The notes beneath the pieces were generated by a model. It saw nothing but the letters and a program-made list of their open reading frames with translations. It did not search any database and was not told the origin of the DNA. 32,419 nucleotides of DNA from contig NC_069000.1 of NCBI RefSeq assembly GCF_001194135.2, positions 5,527,825-5,560,243 of the forward strand. The letters are read 5' to 3'. This document shows positions 24,316 to 32,419 of this stretch, in pieces; within the stretch, counting starts at the first letter, position 1; every line of letters begins with the position of its first letter. The DNA comes from Octopus bimaculoides. Its lineage: Eukaryota. A program made the translations under genes and the position numbers.

Positions 24316-24529
24316 TTTCTTCTCTAGGCACAAGGCCTGAAATTTTGGGGGAGGGGGCCAATCTACTAGATCGACTCCAGTACACAACTGGTACTTAATT
24401 TATCGATCCGGAAAGAACGAAAAGCAAAGTCGATTTCGGTGGAATTTGAACTCAGAACATAAAGACAGACGAAATACCGCTAAGAATTTCGCCCGGCGTG
24501 CTAACGTTTCTGGCAGCTCGACGCCTTAG
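24316..24529 (-). mobile_element. SINE family B, full length, nested in an older family-B copy (about 24222-24560)
   Basis: Complete body. TSD TGTGCGAACGATTCT (24301-24315) / TGTACGAACGATTCT (24530-24544), 14/15 identical. Confidence 0.9.
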
Positions 24530-25222
24530 TGTACGAACGATTCTGCCAATTCTCTGGCTACGTCTGAAATGCAATATTGAAATTCAGAATATCTGAGCAG
24601 ATATCACTTTATTGCCATAAACCGAGCAAACTTGAAATTGGCCGTTTGATAAGCCAATGAAGGACAAGGATACACTTTTCATGAAGACCGCGTAATAAAT
24701 ATTCTTAAAATCAGTCTGTATTTTTTTGTTCAATTGCAGAAAAGTGGTTCCAGTTGTTTGACAATTTTGAATTTACACTAATCGGCACTAATTTCCAACC
24801 AAATATCAACGCAATATCTTGTAATTGCCAAACACATATTTCACCATTAAATATTCAACTATATCTGTATAACAGGATTAAATTTTTATTCATTTTTTTA
24901 CTAATTTCATTCAGTGTTTTCATTAAATTTCTTCAAATATAACACAAAAGAACGAAAGAATTATTGTTTTTAAAGAAGTTATTTTTTTCATTATACTTTT
25001 TAATTTCATTTTAGAAATTTACATGTGCAGGTCAATAAGTTATCTGCAATTCCATGCTGACGTCAATGAAATAACAAATTTGCTGACCGCTATATCACAC
25101 GTTTCTGGAGAAAATTTTCAAGTCTTCATGTCGGCGATACGGACTTCAAGTCTCAGATATGTGTGGGAATAATCTGTTCACATAAGCATCATAATTGCAA
25201 ATCTTGGTGGACAATTGCAAAT

Positions 25223-25552
25223 ATAGGTACCGGTGTAGCTGTGTGGTAAGAAGCTTGCTTTCCAACCTCATGGTTCCGTGTTCAGTCCCACTCAGTTGCA
25301 ACTTGGGCAAGTGTCTGCTGCTGTAGCTGCGAGTGGATTTGGTTGAGGGAAACTGAAATAAGCCCATTGTATATATCTACACATACGTGTGTGTGTGTGT
25401 ATTTGTGTGTCTTTGTCTGTGTTTGTCCCCAACCACCGTTTGACAACCGGTGTTGGTATTTTTACGTGCCCGTAACTTAGCAGTTCGGCCAAGGAAAACG
25501 ATAGAATAATTAGCTGGTTTAATACAGAAAAAATTACTAGAGTCGATTCATG
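25223..25552 (+). mobile_element. SINE family A, 3'-truncated copy with tRNA-like head
   Basis: GGTGTAGCTGTGTGGTAAGAAGCTTGCTTTCCAACC...GGTTCCGTGTTCAGTCCC head, CTTGGGCAAGTGTC domain, internal (GT)n, and a body matching 9013-9268. A head fragment also lies at 10105-10142(-). Confidence 0.85.
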
Positions 25553-26114
25553 GCCTGTTTAATGACAATTTTGGAAAGCTTTATCATACATTGTATGTGG
25601 AAAGTGAAGAGGGTCTGAACAGGTGGTCAACCTCTTCTTTACAGAATACAAAAGTATCACACATAAAAAAAACATCCATCTTTTGAAAAGAGAGGAGAAG
25701 TAGTTAATTGGTGAGGACTTGTTATTTGTTTTAACATGTATATCATTTTGGAAACTATTTTATGAAAGCACAATTGAATATCTGCAAAGGGGCTCAAACG
25801 CTATACGTTCTTCATTGCTCTGAACTCTTTCTTAGAAATGCTGAATTGCGGCGATTCAATAATTCATATCTTCAAGCATTCTTTTCTAGCTAAATTAAGA
25901 TTGAGTAATTTCTGGTGCAATTTGTTTACCGTTTTGAAGACAGGATACTTCAGATTTATTTTCGTTGTCCCAATCTTTATGTATTCGTTTCTTAAATCTC
26001 GGCATATTTCCAGCGGTAATATAAATATTTTACGTGAAAACTGACCATGAACCGTGAAGCAAGGAAGTTGCAGGAACTTCAGAAACAAGATATTAGCAGA
26101 TCATGGAGTTTTTC

Positions 26115-26222
26115 AGTACTAGGCTGACAAAAGAATAAGTCCTGGGGTCGATTTGCTCGACTAAAGGCGGTGCTCCAGCATGGCCACAGTCAAAAGGCTG
26201 AAACAAGTATAAGAGTAAAAAG
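26115..26222 (+). mobile_element. SINE family A, 3' tail fragment
   Basis: AGTACTAGGC...GGGGTCGATTTGCTCGACTAAAGGCGGTGCTCCAGCATGGCC...GAAACAAGT. Another tail fragment at 21825-21877(-) has a 13-bp tandem duplication (CCATGCTGGGGCA x2). Confidence 0.85.
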
Positions 26223-26734
26223 CGTAAAAGAGACTCTTGAAGCAAGATTAACTTAAAATACCGATGAGCATGCGCAGGCACACCGGTATTTCAATTTAAG
26301 GCTAATTCAAGAGCGTACAGGGTTTTTTAATTGAAAATATTTCGATTAAATGTTCTTTTCTAAACTGCCATTAAACGATATAATGTTCCACGTATACGTG
26401 ATGCAGGTACCTAACAATTCATAGCCGCTGACAGAAATTATGAGGGGAAAAAAAACTATTAAGCGGGAGTAAGCGTTTTAAAAGTACATATAGCTCAACG
26501 GTATATATATCCTTGTATAAACGACTACGCTAGAAAAAGGATACTAATAACGAAAGCTGGAATTGGGTCCACGTGTACTGTTTATGTACTGACGGATAAT
26601 TTATGCAAATCCGTGATCATGTGTTCTGTCCGAATTTAACTTGGCCTCCTAAAATGGATGTTCGGGTGTATTTTTCACTTCACTGAACATGGTTTACAAC
26701 TATTTCTCTACATACATACATACATACATACATA

Positions 26735-26938
26735 CAGCTGCTATATCTGAATTACGAATTTACACTTATACCAATAATAAGTGGAGCACTTGGTTTTGAA
26801 TGTAAATGCCTAAATGTCAGTCTGGATAAGCTTGGATTTTCAGACAAAGAAATCAACCAACTGATTCGTACATTACAAATGCAATCTGTAAGTGGAACAG
26901 TAAATCTATGCAAGACTTTTCTTAGGTTTAAAATCTGA
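26735..26938 (+). mobile_element. RLE-type (R4/Dong/NeSL-like) non-LTR retrotransposon, extreme 3' coding end
   Basis: Stop-free 67 codons missed by the ORF track: QLLYLNYEFTLIPIISGALGFECKCLNVSLDKLGFSDKEINQLIRTLQMQSVSGTVNLCKTFLRFKI*. Matches the PIxxGALG...LxxLG...IQxxxxxGT C-terminus of restriction-like-endonuclease LINEs. Starts directly after (CATA)n. Confidence 0.75.
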
Positions 26939-26944
26939 CATTGT

Positions 26945-27040
26945 TTTCGTTATTCACATTCCAAAGATGGAGCTTTGTATCTTCGTTGGAAACCAGCTCC
27001 TTCTTCAGAGGAAGAATCTAAATGATTAAAAACGAAAGAG
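26945..27040 (-). mobile_element. Short retroelement 3'-end fragment (or RLE 3' UTR) carrying a stem-loop
   Basis: 26951-26994 aligns ungapped 30/44 with 27155-27198. Stem AAGA-T-GGAGCT / AGCTCC-T-TCTT with a 20-nt loop. Confidence 0.45.
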
Positions 27041-27107
27041 ACATACATACAAACATACATGCATACAAACATACATACAAACATACATACAAACATGCAT
27101 ACATGCA

Positions 27108-27139
<32 letters not shown>

Positions 27140-27585
27140 AAAATACTTTGTTGATGTTGAAATTCTAATGAAGGAACCTTGGATCTAGATTACAAACCTG
27201 TTGTTTCTCTATTGGCAAGAATTCTTGAAATAAAGCTGAATAAGGACATCCCTACATGTCTTTGCTCCGTCTTCACAGTTGATTACCGTCTCTCTGAGAT
27301 TCTTCCTTCGTCAATCGTAGTTCTGAGCTTCAGAATCTGACCTTGAGATGACCATTCAGTTCCGTTTCAGATCTGCACGGTTTGAAGCATAGGTGACAGA
27401 CGGAAATCGTAACGTCCACTATATTGATCGGATCACTTCGTGAGATGTAATCGACACGAACCACCGTATGTCACTTCGGACCCGAAATCAATTTGAAAAT
27501 CCTTCCGCACGTCGAATCACCTGGTTTAAGAGGAAGTAGGTTTCTATGTTTCATACAGTTGATTTTCCATGAGATTTCAAATACA
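27140..27585 (-). mobile_element. RTE-type LINE 3' end with two decayed C2H2 zinc fingers and 3' UTR
   Basis: Minus strand reads FEISWKINCMKHRNLLPLKPGDSTCGRIFKLISGPK*H and SVCHLCFKPCRSETELNGHLKVRF* (27330-27398), resembling the CxxCxRxCxSxxGLxSHLR finger at RTE ORF2 ends. (CATA)n on both sides. Confidence 0.7.
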
Positions 27586-29025
27586 TACATACATACATAT
27601 ATATACATACATGACAGGGAGAGATAGATAGACAGATAAATGCTACACATAATATATGTATGTATATATACATAGACATATATACGTACACACACACACA
27701 TATATATANNNNNNNNNNNNNNNNNNNNNNNNNNNNNNNNNNNNNNNNNNNNNNNNNNNNNNNNNNNNNNNNNNNNNNNNNNNNNNNNNNNNNNNNNNNN
27801 NNNNNNNNNNNNNNNNNNNNNNNNNNNNNNNNNNNNNNNNNNNNNNNNNNNNNNNNNNNNNNNNNNNNNNNNNNNNNNNNNNNNNNNNNNNNNNNNNNNN
27901 NNNNNNNNNNNNNNNNNNNNNNNNNNNNNNNNNNNNNNNNNNNNNNNNNNNNNNNNNNNNNNNNNNNNNNNNNNNNNNNNNNNNNNNNNNNNNNNNNNNN
28001 NNNNNNNNNNNNNNNNNNNNNNNNNNNNNNNNNNNNNNNNNNNNNNNNNNNNNNNNNNNNNNNNNNNNNNNNNNNNNNNNNNNNNNNNNNNNNNNNNNNN
28101 NNNNNNNNNNNNNNNNNNNNNNNNNNNNNNNNNNNNNNNNNNNNNNNNNNNNNNNNNNNNNNNNNNNNNNNNNNNNNNNNNNNNNNNNNNNNNNNNNNNN
28201 NNNNNNNNNNNNNNNNNNNNNNNNNNNNNNNNNNNNNNNNNNNNNNNNNNNNNNNNNNNNNNNNNNNNNNNNNNNNNNNNNNNNNNNNNNNNNNNNNNNN
28301 NNNNNNNNNNNNNNNNNNNNNNNNNNNNNNNNNNNNNNNNNNNNNNNNNNNNNNNNNNNNNNNNNNNNNNNNNNNNNNNNNNNNNNNNNNNNNNNNNNNN
28401 NNNNNNNNNNNNNNNNNNNNNNNNNNNNNNNNNNNNNNNNNNNNNNNNNNNNNNNNNNNNNNNNNNNNNNNNNNNNNNNNNNNNNNNNNNNNNNNNNNNN
28501 NNNNNNNNNNNNNNNNNNNNNNNNNNNNNNNNNNNNNNNNNNNNNNNNNNNNNNNNNNNNNNNNNNNNNNNNNNNNNNNNNNNNNNNNNNNNNNNNNNNN
28601 NNNNNNNNNNNNNNNNNNNNNNNNNNNNNNNNNNNNNNNNNNNNNNNNNNNNNNNNNNNNNNNNNNNNNNTAATATAATATAATATAATATAATATAATA
28701 TAATGCAATATAATACAAGTCTAAAATAAATAGAACATTATTTATTCTGCGTGACTAGAAGCCATTAGCTGTTTTGGAAAATTTATTAAATATTATTTGT
28801 ATTTCTAACTATTATCCACCTGATCACAGAACGTATAGTGTTGTCTCTGTCTATATCGTCATCGTCGTCGTCGTCATAGTGGCCGTTGTCTTTGTCGTCG
28901 TCATCATCATCATCATCATCATTCAACAACCATCTCTGGCTCGTCTATTGATTTTCTTATGTCTTTGGTTATATTAGTTTATTTTATTATCTTTATATAT
29001 ATATATATATTTTTTTTCCGCTTAG

Positions 29026-29212
29026 GTTGATCCACGCAATAGCTTCGTAAATAATGACGGATTGGGAATACAAACGGTTGGGTGTGTGTGCGTGTGTTCT
29101 GGGGTGGGAGGAACGTTTTAACGTTGTTTCACCGGTAACGCAGAGAGCGGAAACTTTAGAAGTTGATGTAATAGTGACCAACTGTCTGCTGAACTGGAAC
29201 TGAATAAAGGAG
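29026..29212 (+). other. Candidate non-coding or terminal exon (187 nt)
   Basis: Acceptor TTTTTTTCCGCTTAG and donor GAG|GTGAGG. All three frames have stops; AATAAA at 29203-29208. Confidence 0.25.
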
Positions 29213-29529
29213 GTGAGGTACCCCTCTATTCCTCTCTGTCACCCCTAAACTATACACAGATGCATATATAAATACATAAATACATTTGCATATATATATA
29301 TATACATATATATATATATGTTTGGAATTTGTAAATAACATTATATTACAATTATTGTTTAATAAAGATATTTTTAAAGCTCCTCCTGAAAATGTGTTCC
29401 GGGATTAATTCACGGGGCTCTTAACAGTAAGATAGAGAGTTCGAATTGATTAATCTTCATGTATCAGATTTTAGTAATGATTTCTTCGGATTTCACGAAA
29501 TTTCCAGCTACTGAGACAACGTATTGAGT

Positions 29530-29897
29530 GCTACGACGTCGAGGGTTCCAGTTGATCCGATCAACGGAACAGCCTGCTCGTGAAATTAACGTGCAAGTGA
29601 CTGAGCACCCCACAGACACGTGTACCCTTAACGTAGTTCTCGGGGATATTCAGCGTGACACAGAGTGTGACAAGGCTGACCCTTTGAATTACAGGCACAA
29701 CAGAAACAGGAAGTAAGAGTGAGAGAAAGTTGTGGTGAAAGAGTACAGCAGGGTTCGCCACCATCCCTTGCCGGAGCCTCATTGAACTTTAGGTGTTTTC
29801 GCTCAATAAACACTCACAACGCCCGGTCTGGGAATCGAAACCGCGATCCTATGACCGCGAATCTGCTGCCCTAACCACTGGGCGATTGCGCCTCCAC
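29530..29897 (-). mobile_element. tRNA-derived SINE, near full length (family C; tRNA-Arg-like head, octopus OR-type)
   Basis: Sense head GTGGAGGCGCAATCGCCCAGTGGTTAGGGCAGCAGATTCGCGGTCATAGGATCGCGGTTTCGATTCCCAGACCGGGCG with A and B boxes. Homologous heads at 5379-5475 and 19981-20152; tail shared with 14943-15252. Confidence 0.9.
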
Positions 29898-29899
29898 TT

Positions 29900-30230
29900 T
29901 TGAAGGATAGAAGGTAAAAAATGAACCCAGCAGAATTTGAACTCACCAAATGAATAACCGAAACAATACTGCAAGCGTCTTTCTCTGACGTTTTAACTGT
30001 TTCACTAATCCGATTCTATGCAATTCTACTTTATTTTATCGATCCATGAAGGATGGAAGATTAATCTGACCTCAGAGCAATTTGAACTGAGAAATTAAGG
30101 AGCCGAAACAATGTTATACTTTATCTAATGACCTAAGAATTTCGCTCATGCACCTCCATAAATAGGTGACTGACCTCGGGTAGATTTGAACTCAAAATGT
30201 CAATAACCGGAATAAATACCATAAGGCTGT
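29900..30230 (-). mobile_element. Three tandem, decayed family-B-like SINE heads
   Basis: Repeated GAATTTGAACTC / GCAATTTGAACTG / AGATTTGAACTC, each followed by similar AACCG(A/G)AA...ATAC segments, spaced about 130 and 110 bp apart. Confidence 0.55.
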
Positions 30231-32162
30231 AATAACTCCACAAATTTGTTGGCTTCTGAAGCAGCATACTTACTTGTAAATCATATTTGAGATGGCTATA
30301 TGAAAAATTGACCACAAAACACGTAGTTTAGAATATTAGAGATAGCCATGAAGTCAATGGCTGACAGCGTATAAACAGTGTCAGCTTACTAAATTACACA
30401 GCTAATATAAGCATTCCATTAGAGTGATTTTATAACCGAACATTTTTTTGGTCTGCTGCCAAGTATTAGAGTTTAAAACAAAAAAGAAATGTCTCCATAA
30501 CTATTGGGTCGATGAGAATTTATCTCACCTTTCCACCCATTTAGTACCAAAAATTGCTGCCGAAACTAGGTGCCATGTTGTAAATGGTGTAAGCTATATT
30601 GTTTAATGCCATATCCTCTTAGTCACGTCAAACAATGAAATTCTTCATACAAGCTCAATACGCATGCGCACACACAAAGACACACACATACATACAAACA
30701 AATATATATATATATANNNNNNNNNNNNNNNNNNNNNNNNNNNNNNNNNNNNNNNNNNNNNNNNNNNNNNNNNNNNNNNNNNNNNNNNNNNNNNNNNNNN
30801 NNNNNNNNNNNNNNNNNNNNNNNNNNNNNNNNNNNNNNNNNNNNNNNNNNNNNNNNNNNNNNNNNNNNNNNNNNNNNNNNNNNNNNNNNNNNNNNNNNNN
30901 NNNNNNNNNNNNNNNNNNNNNNNNNNNNNNNNNNNNNNNNNNNNNNNNNNNNNNNNNNNNNNNNNNNNNNNNNNNNNNNNNNNNNNNNNNNNNNNNNNNN
31001 NNNNNNNNNNNNNNNNNNNNNNNNNNNNNNNNNNNNNNNNNNNNNNNNNNNNNNNNNNNNNNNNNNNNNNNNNNNNNNNNNNNNNNNNNNNNNNNNNNNN
31101 NNNNNNNNNNNNNNNNNNNNNNNNNNNNNNNNNNNNNNNNNNNNNNNNNNNNNNNNNNNNNNNNNNNNNNNNNNNNNNNNNNNNNNNNNNNNNNNNNNNN
31201 NNNNNNNNNNNNNNNNNNNNNNNNNNNNNNNNNNNNNNNNNNNNNNNNNNNNNNNNNNNNNNNNNNNNNNNNNNNNNNNNNNNNNNNNNNNNNNNNNNNN
31301 NNNNNNNNNNNNNNNNNNNNNNNNNNNNNNNNNNNNNNNNNNNNNNNNNNNNNNNNNNNNNNNNNNNNNNNNNNNNNNNNNNNNNNNNNNNNNNNNNNNN
31401 NNNNNNNNNNNNNNNNNNNNNNNNNNNNNNNNNNNNNNNNNNNNNNNNNNNNNNNNNNNNNNNNNNNNNNNNNNNNNNNNNNNNNNNNNNNNNNNNNNNN
31501 NNNNNNNNNNNNNNNAGAAGAAGAAGAAGAAGAAGAAGAAGAAGAAGAAGAAGAAGAAGAAATCATAACTGTTCGAAAGGCAACCATTATGTTAGTATTT
31601 ATTTTGAACAAAGCCAAAAGAAATTTACGTGTAGATTATAATCACACAATATTAATAACAATTTTTTTTTTCTGTCATAGGTATAGGCCAGACATTTGGG
31701 GAATAATATAATCGCGCTTAGATCAACTGCAATATTTTACTGCTGGTGACGTAGGAGGAGAATGGTGTTTGCTACTATTAACTAAGTCGACCTCCGAAAA
31801 AAAAAAAAGAAGTAGGATAAAGAGTAACAACAAGAAAAAAAGGTGAATAATAATAAATAAATAAATAGAATAAACAAAATGGTTGCCGGCAGGTTTTGTT
31901 TTAAAGGAGAGCGTTAATGAAACGAAACAATATACTGCAAGGTTTTAAGAGCAAGCTTCCAGCAATCTACCAAATAATAAATTATTATGGAGGTGATTGT
32001 ATATTAGCTACGTAGTAATAATGATAATAACTCCGATTGTTTACATATAGCGATTTAGCTGGTTAAATCGACAACATGGACAGGCTAGAAACTAGCTGTA
32101 TCAAAATTACAAGATTATTGTTTATCGTCATCATCACCATCGTTGTTGTTTTTGTTGTTGTT

Positions 32163-32370
32163 GAGGCGGCGAGGAGGCAGAATCGTTAACACGCCGGGAA
32201 AGATGCTCGGCCGCATTTCGTTCGTTTTTACGTTCTGAATTCAAATTCAGCCGAGGTCGACTTAGCCTTTCGGAGTCGATGAAGTTTGTACCATTGGAGC
32301 ACTGGGGTCGATGCAATTGACTAGTGCTCTCCTTTCCAAAAGTTTCAGGCCTTGTGTCTACTATAGAAAT
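32163..32370 (+). mobile_element. SINE family B, full length
   Basis: AGGCGGCGAGGAGGCAGAATCGTT...CTGAATTCAAATTCAGCCGAGGTCGAC...TTTCAGGCCTTGTGTCTACTATAGAAA, the reverse complement of 24316-24529. Confidence 0.9.
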
Positions 32371-32378
32371 GTATATTT

Positions 32379-32419
<41 letters not shown>

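Larger units (their letters stand above)
353..31515. other. 13 assembly gaps (N): 353-462, 3462-4160, 6886-7350, 8008-8330, 10205-10738, 16218-16415, 17273-17508, 19859-19979, 20566-20673, 21010-21328, 22929-23232, 27709-28670, 30717-31515
   Basis: N runs totalling about 5.2 kb, nearly all abutting (TA)n, (GT)n, (GA)n or (AGA)n; typical short-read scaffolding gaps. Confidence 0.98.

Noticed and set aside
26975-27012. CTGAAGA...GAA on the minus strand suggesting a minimal hammerhead ribozyme
   Set aside because: The required GAAA core and a clean stem II are missing (it reads GAAGA); better explained as the retroelement stem-loop.
5379-29897. tRNA-like sequences at about 5400-5475, 15180-15252, 20070-20152, 25225-25300 and 29820-29897
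   Set aside because: A and B boxes are present, but there is no proper acceptor stem, and each continues into a SINE body. They are SINE heads, not tRNA genes.
210-31711. Long ORFs in the supplied track (e.g. 27471-28718, 30635-31711, 3353-4225, 6824-7627) and the many YI/CV/TH/ER/SL-repeat ORFs
   Set aside because: They are open only because they run through N gaps or di-/tetranucleotide microsatellites; there is no protein signal.

Overview
Repeat-dense, AT-rich animal genomic DNA. The tRNA-derived SINE families and the (TA)n/(CATA)n/(GA)n load look like an octopus (coleoid cephalopod) draft assembly; this is inferred from recalled repeat sequences, not from a search. About 5.2 kb is N-gap in 13 gaps, nearly all bordered by microsatellites, and most listed ORFs are microsatellite or N artefacts. 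No complete protein-coding gene, rRNA, true tRNA, CRISPR array or prokaryotic system can be supported. Supportable content: about 20 copies or fragments of 3-4 tRNA-derived SINE families; decayed LINE pieces (three RTE-type, one CR1-type, one R4/Dong-like RLE type); a Tc1/mariner (maT-like) transposase remnant; and a pogo/Tigger-like MITE family. The best observations concern element architecture: a MITE nested in an RTE LINE whose removal restores the reading frame, a SINE nested in a same-family SINE with a 15-bp TSD, LINE 3' ends clustered in (CATA)n with a shared stem-loop, two SINE bodies sharing one tail, and a triple AGGTCA nuclear-receptor motif. Several candidate exons are listed at low confidence. 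I found no convincing new biological system.
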